A DNA stretch of 64,000 nt from Adineta vaga. Its lineage: Eukaryota; Animalia; Rotifera. The stretch spans positions 9,884,585 to 9,948,584 of the forward strand of contig CP075497.1 of assembly GCA_021613535.1 (NCBI GenBank). The letters are read 5' to 3'. Position 1 is the first letter of the stretch. Every line of letters begins with the position of its first letter. The notes under the pieces are model-generated. The model saw only the letters and a program-made list of their open reading frames with translations, was not told the origin of the DNA and ran no database searches. Positions 1-12,201 of the stretch are shown here, piece by piece. Position numbers and translations under genes: made by a program.

Positions 1-43
1 TGTTCATCAACCATATTTTGCTATAATCAATGAAAAGACTCAT

Positions 44-960
44 ATGGTGATATTAAATAATATTGTTCTAATTGAATTAGAACGAATGATCAATAGTCTT
101 GAATGGATTATTCAAACACAAATCTTATCTAGTGATCAAATTACACATTTCTGTGGACAATTATCCTATTCTATGACCACATTTGGACAAATTCTACAAT
201 GTCGATTGAAAAATAAAGTGATGATTATCAATATAGTCAAGCTCTTAATCAAATTATATACCATTTTAGATGAATTCACCCGTCAGGTATTCCATACTCT
301 TATCATGATTGTAGATTAAATAGTAATTTCTTTTGTTTTACCTTTGATAGATGATTAAAAATAAAACACCACTTCGTGATGAATTCGAAAAACTTGCATC
401 AATTTCTGGTTCACAATTACAACAACCATGCTATGGTTTTCTTACTTATACAATGGTAATTTATCATATATTGAAATAAACTTTCATGTACATTTTCTCT
501 TCGATATGTAGAGTTTGGAATTAGATGATGAAGAAGAGGTTGTAAAAAAGAAAAAGAAGAAAAACGATAAGAAAGATCCAAAAAAGGTAAAGAATAGAAT
601 TAGATTCTGGATAGGAACGATAATTTATGTATCTTTTCAGAAAAAAAGTGTATTAAAAGATACATTAGTACCAAAATTAGTTTATGAAATGGAACAATAT
701 GAACGATCTTTACTTGAATTAGGCAAACAACAAGATGTATGTTGATATTTCTTCTCATAAGCGATTCTTCGTTAAAATTTATGTTTTCTTTTTTCTTCTA
801 GAAACGCTTATTAGAAACATTTAAAATGTCTGCTGTTCGAGATTTTCGATTTAATTTGGATAGTATTCCCGATGATCAACGAGTATTACAAACAAGTCGT
901 CAAGAAAACGAAGCAGAAGAAGACGACGAAGAAGAAGAGGAAGTTGAAGAAGAAAATGAA
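44..960 (+). CDS. 3' terminal exons of an unidentified gene (partial, runs off the window start); C-terminus is an acidic tail ending ...EAEEDDEEEEEVEEENE*
   Basis: ORF pieces 44-319, about 346-450, 515-about 600 and about 800-960 share a strand and are separated by short AT-rich gaps with GT..AG ends. The last exon ends in a poly-D/E tail followed by a stop at 958-960. I could not recognise the family from sequence. Confidence 0.3.
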
Positions 961-1281
961 TAAATTTGTGTATAGGATTTTTATATATATATTTTTTTTT
1001 GTTAATAATGTTCTTTTCATGCAGATACAATTAGATTCCAGTTAGATTATTCGATAAATAAATTCGGTTTAACATTCATGATTTAAATGTCATAAATTTT
1101 GAGAAAAAAGAAAGATTTGCTAATCTTCTTGTTTCATGAGAGTTTTATACATCTATAAATATCACTTGAGAATTTCAAGTTATATCGAATCATTTGAAAT
1201 GATATCTTTATAACTTCGATTATAAATCGAAATATATTTATAAGGAAGAGATTTTAGCATTCAATTTCTCATAAAACAGCT

Positions 1282-4200
1282 ATGATGGACGATAGTAAAG
1301 ATGATCTGATTTTGTTCGAACAAAACTATCATCAACAATCTTTTCTACGCAAGAAAATTAGTTTAACAATACCGGTGTGTGTTCTATTAATTGTTATTTT
1401 TCTATCATCAGCATTCATCGTTTCAATCATTTCTTTCTATTGGTCTGATGGTCCTATTTGTTACATTACCAAAAATGAACAAAGTCAACTAGAAGAACCA
1501 GCACAAAGAGCAATCTATTATTCGCGACCAAAACGTAGTACACCTGTGAAAAAAGCCACTCTTCCATGTATGCTCATCCAATGCTGTACTAATCTTAATC
1601 CAGAATCACCATGGAATCAAAGTCGTTTACCCACCAATATCTATCCTATCGAATATCAATTAATGTTAGAATTATTTCAATTAAATCAAGACAATGATCA
1701 ATATAGTGGAACAGTGGATATTGTAATTGAAGTTCGATCACCTACTTATGATATTATTCTTCATAGTGATAATTCATTATATTCCGATGTAATCGTAAGC
1801 CGACGTTCAGATCCAACTGATGAACAAATAAATGTTAATTGTATGTTTACTTTTCCAAATACTCAAACATTGGTTATACATTTGGAAAAAGAATTACAAG
1901 TTGGTTTTGTATATGATGTTCGTATTGCATTCTTTCGTGCATTAAGTATTCATGGAACTGGTTTATTTGAAAATCAATTTAATAAAGATCAATTTGGAAT
2001 AGAGTAAAGAATTGAAATGATTATTCTTTGAAATATTGTATTTTTATATTCATTTAGAACATCTCGTATGCTGTTAACACATTTTCAACCTGTTCATGCG
2101 AGAGAAGCATTTCCATGTTTTGATGAACCGGGTTTCAAAGCTAAATTTCAATTGTATGCTAAACATGAAAATAATACTCGAATTATTAGTAATTGGGATG
2201 AAGCTGTAAGAACATATTATAAAAATAAAGTTTCTTTTTATGTTTTAAATGAATTATTTAGGAAAGTTATCCGGAAGAAACTTGGATAGAAACTGAATTT
2301 CAAACAATACCACCGATTCCAACAGCATTAATTGCATTTGCAGTCATTTTCACTGATGATTTTGATAGTAAAACAGTCGAAGTATTTCATCCAATAACGA
2401 ATCGACGCATTTTAGTATGTATAATAAATAAAAATAGAATTTGATTTAGAATTATTTTGTAAATAGGTAAATCTTTGGGCACGAAAACCATTCTTTCAAA
2501 ATGAAAATGGAATTTATGTCGATGCACCACTGGATATGATTAAAAATATTCTCACCGCTCTCTTAAATATATTTCAAGATATTGAAAATCCAATTGTACC
2601 AAATAAAATAGGTTTCATGAAAACAATCATGCATTTCTATTCATATTTTTTTTGTCTTTCTCTTAGATATTCTTGCTGTTCCTGAATATCCATCGGATGC
2701 GGTATCTCATTGGGGTTTAGTTATCTTTACTGAATATGCACTTCTTCATAATCATATGACAACATCAGAAGTCGAACATCAACGAATTGCTCTTTTAATT
2801 GCAAAAGAATTAGCTGAACAAGTTCGATTGATAGATATATTTGTTTATTTTTTATAATTTTTTATATTTGTTTTAGTGGTATGGAAATCTAGTTTCATAT
2901 CAATGGTGGACCGATTTATGGCTTCAAGAAGCAATTGTGAATTATTTGAAATATCATGCAGTTCATGCTGCATATCCACAATGGGAAATTGTGAGTTTCA
3001 ATCATTAAATTATCGCTTTACTATCTTAGTATTGTATTTAGCATAATCAATTTTCAGTTGGAGAACTTTTACCTGCAATGTTTGATGATGGAATGAGTAC
3101 ATCACATCCAATCATTAAATCAGTTAATACAGCAGCAGAAATTGATGAATTATTTGATACTATTGAAACAACCAAAGCTACAGCAATATTAAGAATGGCA
3201 GATTATTATATGGAAAGAACAACAGGTGTTACAAACAATACTCTATTCAATATTGTGGTAAGAGAGAGAGAGAGAGAAACTTAACTAATTTGACTTTTAT
3301 TCACATATCAAATTATAGTCATTTCTTCATGATCGTGAATATGGATTTATTATTCCAGATGAAATTCTCGGTAAATATCGAATTGGTTCATGGTCCGGTT
3401 TCGAATTTTTTGATCGTTGGTTACTTCAATCTAATTATCCAAAAGTCTATGCTGGTTTCGTTCAAAATACCTCGAATGATAGCAATATTTTTCAACTACG
3501 TCAAAGTCGATATCTAACAGCACACATGTATGAAAATGATCTTTATCCTCTTGAAAGTAATCCATTGGGTTATGTTTGGTACATACCAATCACATGTCGA
3601 TTTGGTAATGAACCAAATAAATTCGAATTAAATCGAACATTTTTTCTCGATCGAACAGCTATGAATAGTTCATTTGGTATCTTGAATTATAAATACTTCT
3701 ATTGTAATACAGATTTTGCTGGTTATTACATTATGGATTATAGAAGTGATAATTGGGAAGCTTTATCATCGGCTTTAGATAATGACAATACACAATTAAT
3801 AGAAGTTGATCGTGCTAATTTAATTAATAATGCTTTCTTAGGTGCACAAACATTGGAAGAAAGTTATTCAGTTGTTCGAGAAATTACTCAATATTTACTT
3901 CGAAATCCATATACAGGTTTACTTTCATGGCAAACATTATCATATCATGTTAATCGAATGTTAGATGTTCTTGAATATGAATCAATCTATGGTGTTGTTC
4001 AAGTAAAAATCATTCGATTTGAAGAATTAAGATTGAACTTGTGTTTTTTCTTCTCTCTAGAAATATTTTCGATTGGTCGTTCGAAATTATTATAAAACTT
4101 ATGAAACTTCATTATGGAATGACAATGGATCATTTTCTGAACAGTAAGAAGAATACTATTTGATTCATTCATGCAAGTATTTGTGTCTATTTTAGAATTT

Positions 4201-5146
4201 TGAAAAATACAATTATTCAATTAGCATGTCGATTACAATTACATGAATGTATTGATAAAGCAACTCAATTGTGGTATGAAGCTTATCCTACACTTCTTAG
4301 TGGAATGGTGAATCATTCGTTCGTATTTTATTTATTTTATTTCTCAGTTTAAATGAGCATGAGGATTTACTATTGTAGAGTTGTTGATCATGCTCGAGAA
4401 GTTGTCTATCGAACACATTTTCAAAATACTTATAATGATAGTGAATGGACATCAATTGAAAGTGATTATCATTATATTTTTGATGTTCAAGAACGTTATC
4501 GTTTACTCGAAGCTATGACACAATCACGTCAACCATGGCATCTATACCAGTAAGAAAAATGAAAAATAGATTGTTTTGTATTCGTTTGAATTGAAATCTG
4601 TTCGTATGATTAGATTCTTATATGAGGATGCTGAAAAAAATGAAGATCGAGATGTTGATCTTTTGGGAGCTTTGACGTTACTTGCAAAGAATCCTGTTGG
4701 TAAGAATAAATCAACTAGTAATATTTGACTTTAGTTTTCAAATCTATTATTCAATAGGCCGAGAATTAGCTTGGTTATATTACAGAAAACATTGGGCAGA
4801 ATTGCAAGCGGAGTATGTCTAGATTTTAATTTACATTATGAAAAATAGTTATGTTTCTGTTTTAGTTATGGACGTACAAATCAACGATTAGGACAATTAC
4901 TTATTGATCTAACAGCTACTTTTGAAGATGAATTTCATGAACTTGAAGTAAATATACATTCGGATTGCATGATATTGATTATATTTTCATATGGTTATTT
5001 AGTTACTCGATTTTCTTGCTTCGACACCAGGTGTTGATACGAATGTTGATGCACGTTTTTGGGCACTTGAACGTGCTAATATGAACTTTTGGTGGATAAC
5101 TGACAATTCGGAGGATATGGCAGAATCATTCGATCTTGAACCTTGA
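1282..5146 (+). CDS. M1-family (aminopeptidase N-like) type II membrane protein, predicted non-catalytic, at least 14 exons
   Basis: Exon 1 (1282-about 2002) encodes a short cytosolic N-terminus, a TM helix (LTIPVCVLLIVIFLSSAFIVSIISF) and the aminopeptidase N-terminal beta domain (SRLPTNIYPIEYQLMLEL). Exon 2 (about 2058-2216) carries the M1 signature HFQPVHAREAFPCFDEPGFKAKF. Downstream exons follow the M1 order (about 2263-2420, 2467-2610, 2669-2822, 2877-2990, 3078-3260, about 3300-4010, then about 8 short exons to a stop near 5146). The exopeptidase motif GAMEN reads DAVSH (about 2697-2711). The zinc motif HEXXH reads KELAE (about 2800-2815), with WYGNLVS following. The catalytic Tyr in the SYSKG-type motif is Thr (ETTKATAILRM, about 3160-3200). 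Only the third zinc ligand is kept (WLQEA). Confidence 0.85.
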
Positions 5147-5669
5147 TCTTCCTTCTTTATGACTCTGTTTCCTCTTAAGAATGAATCTATTTCTATTATA
5201 TGAATAAATAATTTTTAACAATCGAATATAGTCTTTTTGTTGAAATGATCAGGAAGTACAACATCAATTTTGCTTAACAACTACAACAACAACAACAACA
5301 ATGTGCGTGCATTAACTGCTTGCTATACATTCGGAAATAATTTAATGAAAAGGTCAATTGATTTTTTCTTGCTCAATAATTCAGTGATCAATATTTTTGA
5401 ATGAACAAAAACATTCATGATCGTATCTTGTCAAAATCGAGCATAGCATAATGAATTCTTACAGTGAATTTACTTTAAATGAAACAAAGAATATACAAAA
5501 ATGAGTAGTTTCTCAGTTACAAGATGAATAGAAGCCATGGAAAAACCTAAGACTATAAAAAAGAAAAAAGAAAAAAGAAAAGAGAGAAATTCAATTATTA
5601 ACTAGATTCTATGTAATCAGAAGAAAAAATTCTATTAATCAAAACTCATTTTTCATCTATAGTCCAATC

Positions 5670-8600
5670 ATGTTACCAACTGTCAATGCTGTTACTTTAG
5701 TTGATCATAAAAAGTCATCACAATTAAGTCCAATTACTAGTTATAATGAATTTGAACAGGTAGAATATAAATTTTGGATAAAAGAAAACAAATCATGAGA
5801 GTTTGATTTTCTCAAGTTTTCTTTCTATCACGATCATTTTCTCTTAGAGAACTTGAAAAATATTTGTTAAAATTGTTTACTTTGTATCTTACTGCTAATA
5901 ATCAAAGGAAGTATAGGGAAAACTAATGACACTTTTTTCATCGTTCATTTACTCAGTTTCTAAGATACACAAAACATTTTGATCAACTATCGTTTAAAGC
6001 AGGAAAGCAATCATGCCGGTGCTTTTACCAATCAACAGTATTCCATAACAAATTCGAATTCTATTCAACGACGTGATCAACAATCATTTCCAACATCCAG
6101 ACAATTAGATTCGCCATTAGCAATTTTAACATTTTGTCCAATTAAAGATTCAATAGCAAAATTCTTTACTGAAAGTATGTGTAAGAAATCTTTACCGTAT
6201 GATCTCTTTAATATGAAATTTTTGTAGAAGATGATCCTAAACCAACTGACGATGAACGATCTGGAAGTGTTTCTAGTTCATCTTCTCTAATTCTTACTAG
6301 TAATCGTGCTCAACAAACGAGTCCAACTGATATGTTTCCTATCGTTAATAATACTGCTGTAGATGATAATCATTTTGTAAAACGACAAGGTGTATTACAA
6401 CGTAATCATTCTGAAAATAGTGTTACAAAACAGAGTAGTTCAGATGAACAATCATCAACAATAATTAATGCTGATGATGATGAAGAAGAAGAAACATCTC
6501 ATGCTGTCAAAAGTTCGCAAACAACAAGTCGATCAAAACAAGCACCGAAAATAAAATACACTGAGAATCATCCATCACGAGCAAATCAAAATGGAAAAAA
6601 ATCAACACATAATTGGCATTCAGCATCCAATACACGTAAATATCACAAAACTACGCCTCTTTCCTAAGAATAAAAGGACAGATATATGATTGATATATTT
6701 GTTTAATTCTTAGCTCGAACATATCCTGTTGTACCATCGATTACACGTCGTCCAGTTCAAGGTATTTTAGTACAGTTTGTTCGTGCTGGTGAATCTCATC
6801 ATCGTGGTCTTCGTATTGCTGTCAATGAATTTGATTTGAAGTCTTGGGAAGCATTTCTTAATTATCTCAATCGTCAACCAAATTTAGCTTTATCAACGGG
6901 TGGTATAAGACATATTTATTCTTTGAAAGGTGAAGAAATTCTTTCGATCAATCAATTTCAACATCGACAATCATATATTGTCTCATCGGGAGCATATATT
7001 CGAACAACTTATCGATATATCAATGATACATTTGCTGATGAATCTGATAATAGTGCTAATCCAAGTGCTCGACCAGAAGCATCACCCTATTGGAATACAC
7101 GATCATCTGTTCATCTACGTTGGCGTTCACCTGCGCCAACATCTTCCTCTCTATCCAGTACAAATGGTGAGCGGATTTTCCTATTACCTTATTCAAAATT
7201 AAATCTCTATGAAAGTTTAATTCTAAATCGAAATTTAACTCAAACATTCGAAGAATGGTTACAAGATCAAGTAACAGATGTACTGTCTCAGCATACAAAT
7301 AATGAAACAATCACAAATCTATTTGCCGTACTCAATTCGGCATTTATTGAAATAAAAAGTTTTTCGAAATTATTTAGTACAATCAAGAAAACGGATACAT
7401 TCATTGGTTGTACAGAAGATGAATATGTACATGCAAAAGATTATTTAGAAATTATCAAACCGAATGAATTATTCGTTGATCGAACATGGTCACGACAAAC
7501 AACTAGTGAAAATCATAAACAACGATTTCCATCCAAACGAGGTAACTTATCTCAGATAATTTCGTATTATCTATTGTTTTCCTACTAGTTATTGACGAAA
7601 CAAGATCAACAATTAGTTGGATGTAAGTAGACCTTCCAAATCCAATCTGTTATGTTTTAATTCAAGATTCATTTTATATTTAGTCATGGTTACAATGGTG
7701 AAAATGAATTGACCAAGAAACTCTATACACTTCCAGAACATGAAATAATGTATGTTATTGATTCAATATGTGTTGTATACGATACGAATTTGAAACAGCA
7801 ACGTTTCTATACCAAACATAAACATTCCATAACTTGGTAAGACTGTTTTTGAGTATTGTTTGAGCAATATTTTCTACGTTTTTTTAATACTTTTAGTGTA
7901 AATGTTCATCGGAGTCAATCCTTAGTTGCATCAAGTGAAAAAGGTTCATTAAAAGCTAATCAACGAGCTTTAATACATATTTGGGATCATACAAAACTTG
8001 ATATTGTTCGAACAATTCAGAAAGATCAATTTGGTTCTTTTATATCATTGTTATCATTTTCACCTAAATTAGATGATGATCTTCTTTTGGTTATTTCACG
8101 TGATAAACCAAAAATTGTCTTATTTATTGATTGGAAACGAAATGAATTGATTTATAGTATAACAGTAAGTATTCAGATAAGTTCCATTGTTTGGTTTCAT
8201 ACGGCTATATATTTTTCTTTCAGTGTAAATCTGATAATATTCTTTCGGTATTATTTGTCTTTGGTACAACAGAATGGATTGCATGTATCAGTCAACGACA
8301 TTTACTTTTCTATCATGTCAATTGGAGTGTACGACCATTACGTATGTTAGAACGACGAGAATCAGAAGTTCAAGTAACGAATATAGTTATTCATGTTGAA
8401 AGTATAAAATCATTTTTTCAATCTTAGAATATCTATACCGGAGCAGCAGCATGTGATTTATCTGGTGAACGATTACTTGTTGGTGATGAAGTTGGTAATA
8501 TTTATATTTGGGGTTTAATTGATAAAGAACCGAAATTAATTGTTGTTCAAGAATGTATCTTAGAAGTAATGACAAATTCTTTTATTGTATAACGAATTGT

Positions 8601-9963
8601 TCGTTTATATATTAGAATGATGTGGAATTGATTGTGCCAGTAAATCATGAAACATTTCTTTTGGCAAATCGCGAAAATCAAGTGAAAGTATGGAATGTTA
8701 AGAAAGATACTGTAGAACAAATACGAGTAAAGAATTCGATCAAGAATATTTTTCTTTACTTTTTCTATTTAATAATAATAGTTAAATGAAAATATTGGTA
8801 CAATTCAATCAGCATGTTGTATTCAACAAGGATCTGTTTGTATTGCATTAGCAATAGGAACAAAATCGAATTATATCATTTCAAAAGAAATGGATAACGA
8901 TCAATTTCATGTTCTTATGCGAGTATGTTTATTTCTTTTCATAACTATACTTCAATCTTTTCCTTTATTCAGGGACATACAAGTCCATCAATATGTATAT
9001 GTTGCAGTAGAGATACGCATTATTTTTTTTCAATAAGTTCTGATCGATATTTATTTAAATGGAATATGGCAACAAAATCTGTCGAATGGTCGGCAAAATC
9101 AACCGTATGTATAATAATATTATTATTTTATTAAGATTTTAATTGTATTTATATGTCTAGCAACCAATTTCCTGTGCTGATTTACATCCTGAAAGAAATA
9201 TCATCGTTCTTGGAACAGAAACTAGCAAATTAATACTTTATGATACATTATCGTCATTCTATATTGCAACAATAACTTTAAAATTTAATACTGGTGTTAA
9301 ATCAGTTCGATTTTCTCCTGGTTTGTAGTTTTGTTTTTGAAAAAGAAAAGAAAATTCTTGTTCTATTGGTCCAATTTTTACATATTAGATGGTTTGAATC
9401 TTGCTGTTGGATTACAAAATGGGAATGTTTTTATTTTTGATGTAGTTGGTAATGGAGATTTTCATCAACGTCCAGATGGAATGTTACAAGTAATTCTTTC
9501 AATTTGTTTTCTTAATTCGATCATCTTTCGTTTAATTTATTTTAGAATGATACAGCAGCTGTGAATACTGTGATTTGGTCGATTGATGGAAAATATCTTC
9601 TAGTTGTTTATTCTGATAATGATTATAATATTTGTGCGTATTTGTATATGAATTAGTTGGAAAATATCAAGGAATATCATTCATTCTCTAGGGACAGTGC
9701 CAGGATTTGAAATAAATCGAGGAAAAAAAATTCAAAATATTGAATGGGATCGTATTATACATCCATTAATGTGTCATATATTAGGTATGTTTCAAAGTTC
9801 TTGTTCATTAATCGATAGATGCAATAACAACTTCTTTTCTCATATAGATAAATCCATCATTGATACACATACATCGGCAGCTATACTTTCTTCAAATTTA
9901 GTTTTATGTTGTGGCAAAGATGGTCAACTTCGATTATTTCGAAATCGTTTCGAAGTAGATTAA
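5670..9963 (+). CDS. DCX-EMAP-like protein: N-terminal doublecortin domain(s) fused to an EML-type (HELP region + WD40 tandem propeller) domain; about 16 exons; 5' end may extend upstream
   Basis: The doublecortin domain is in the exon 6705-7539 (VQFVRAGESHHRGLRIAVNEFDLKSWEAFLNYL ... GIRHIYSLKGEEILSINQFQHRQSYIVSSG). Its GTAACT donor at 7540 joins in phase to short exons 7593-7627 and 7691-7836; the latter (KLYTLPEHEIMYVIDSICVVYDTNLKQQRFYTKHKHSITW) matches the EML HELP-region pattern. WD40/EML-like exons follow: 7900-8165 (ALIHIWDHTKLDIVRTIQ...), about 8230-8350, 8432-8566, 8620-8727, 8782-8920, 8970-9105, 9160-9320 (VKSVRFSPG), 9390-9490 (DGLNLAVGLQNGNVFIFDV), 9545-9650 and 9692-9790, with a stop at 9963. 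Candidate upstream coding exons at 5670-5760, 5980-6190 and 6228-6660 are S/T/Q-rich. Confidence 0.7.
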
Positions 9964-10262
9964 AGAAAACTTCTTTATCTCTTAGAAAATCTTCTCTTTT
10001 TTACTATTTATAGCATAATTCTCAAACATTTCAATTTGGTCTTGGTTCTATTCATAGTATCATGCCATCACCAACAAATAATTCCTATCTTCTAACTCTC
10101 ACAAACAATCCAGCGATTATAGAAATTCAAATTGATATACAAACGCATAATTAGTTAACTTAACACTGATTTTTCTTTTCATTTGCTCGTTGTGAAGAAA
10201 AAAAAAGAACTTCTCCTTTATTTCATTTTTTTTTGTTGTTGACATCGACATATTTGAATATA

Positions 10263-10282
10263 CATATATATATATATATATA
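10263..10282. repeat. (AT)n microsatellite between the DCX-EMAP-like gene and the LRR gene
   Basis: atatatatatatatatatat read directly. Confidence 0.9.
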
Positions 10283-10398
10283 AGAGACGAGAAGGACAAA
10301 GAGAGGAAAGAGTCATGGCAACTGAACTAAAGATGCCAGCTTTATGTAGGCAATTTTAATTTTCTGTGTGTCATTTTTCTTTCTCTTTCTTTTCTAAG

Positions 10399-12015
10399 AT
10401 GAACAAACGACCTTTGAATGATACAGCATTTAGTGTTCAAGGTGTTAATCCAGGTTTAACTTCTCGCGAAGAATCAACTACAAATTCATCTCTTCAAAAT
10501 TCTGGACGAGTTATTTGTGAAAAGTTGTTTTTATCATTTCGAATTATACAATTCTTTTCTATTTTTTACTTTTATTAGACAACAACTTCTTGCATGTCCT
10601 TATTTACAAAATACTAATGATCAAATTAAATTATTAAATTTACAAAAAAATTGTATTACAAAAATAACCAATCTTGATCATTTAATTAGTCTTGTTGTTT
10701 TGGATTTATGTGAAAATGGAATCGAATATATACAAGGTTTGGATAATTTAACTTCATTAAGAATTCTTCGACTAGGGAATAATAAGTAAGATTATTTACA
10801 ATACTTTTAAAGTAGGATTTTCTTCTTCATCGATTTAGAATTCGTCAAATAAAAAATCTTGATGCATTAGCACAACTTGATGTACTTGAATTGAATGGAA
10901 ATCAAGTGAGATTCTTTTTTTTTGTTTTGAAAATATTTGAAATCGATTGTTTTCTTTTGGAATTGTTAGATTTCTCGAATTGAAAATTTTAAACATTTAA
11001 TTCGATTACGTGTTCTTAATTTAGCAAATAATCGAATTGAAAAATGTGAAAATCTACGTCATTTACAAAATCTTGTTGAACTTAATCTCCAAGGAAATCT
11101 AATTACAATCGTGGTAAAATAAAACTTATATTTTTTTGAAAATTTTTTCGACTAGTCTATGTTAGTATGATCTGGATAAATTACCAATTCAACGTTTATT
11201 TTTAAATCATAATAAAATTCAAAGATATGAAGATATGCGTTGTATTTCAAGAATAAGTACACTGAAATTTCTCTCACTTGAAGGTAAATAATCCCATTTA
11301 ATTCAATGATTCAATGCAATTCTTATTTGTTTAGGTAATCCATTACCATCTGCAACTTCATATGAACAAATTATCTTATCTCAAACTGAACATGCTTTGA
11401 CGAAATTAGATTCTCGTCAACCGATGAATGTTGTACGTAGATGATTAACTTTTTGACATCGAAAAAATAATATAAATCTCTTTGTAATATATAGGATCAT
11501 CGAGTTAATCGAATTATGCGATTACAACAGAATAGTACTCCGACAGATATGTCTAGTAAATATCGAGATCGACGAGCTCTTGATGTTAGTTCTACTCCAC
11601 AAGATTCCATGAGTGAACGAAGTGATACAGAAATTGATTCGGGCAGGTAATTAGAAAATATTTTTTGATCAAATTACTTCAAAAAAGATAATCTTTCATA
11701 GATCGAATGTATCATCAGCATTGAATCGAACATCATCACTTCCCGTACAAAAATCTATGAGTAAATCAACATCAGAATCAACTACACCGATACCATCAGA
11801 AATAAAATTAAGTCCGGTAAGTTTCGCAACATTAATTAACTTGGAAACATAAACTTCATTGATTTTTCATTAATAAAGATTGTTCATGAACGATCATCAT
11901 TAGCAAAAATGTTAGTACAATCCGCTATTGATGATGCCTTTCGAAAAGAATCAATCACCGTTCAATTAGACCGTTGTTGGCCATTATTATTAACAGAAAT
12001 ATTAAATGATCAGAA
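10399..12015 (+). CDS. Leucine-rich-repeat protein, SDS22-type LRRs plus LRRcap, with a Ser-rich C-terminal region; 5' exon uncertain
   Basis: Exons 10580-10786, 10840-10905, 10970-11112, 11165-11285, 11333-11435, 11495-11648, 11701-11818 and 11877-12015. Six or more LxxLxxLxLxxNxIxxI repeats (LDLCENGIEYIQGLDNLTSLRILRLGNNKI, LDVLELNGNQISRIEN, LRVLNLANNRIEKCENL, LVELNLQGNLIT), then FLSLEGNPL (LRRcap). A stop follows ...LTEILNDQN. The candidate start ORF 10399-10510 has a weak donor. Confidence 0.6.
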
Positions 12016-12201
12016 TTGATTCCAATAAATCATTACGTTTTCTTTTTGGAATAAAACTTCGTCAGATGTTATTTTTATTTTGGGTAAAAATTTTCAAATA
12101 AAATATGAACTTATTCACTGGAGTATGTATGTGTGTGAAAGACAAAACAAATTCAAAACAAATCAGTAGTATTAAAAGAAAAGAGTAATTTAGAGTTTTT
12201 A

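Noticed and set aside
6930-7310. ORFs 6930-7202 (+) and 7056-7310 (-) overlapping the doublecortin-domain exon
   Set aside because: They are off-frame or antisense readings of the DCX-EMAP exon 6705-7539; the main frame carries the recognisable DCX motif.
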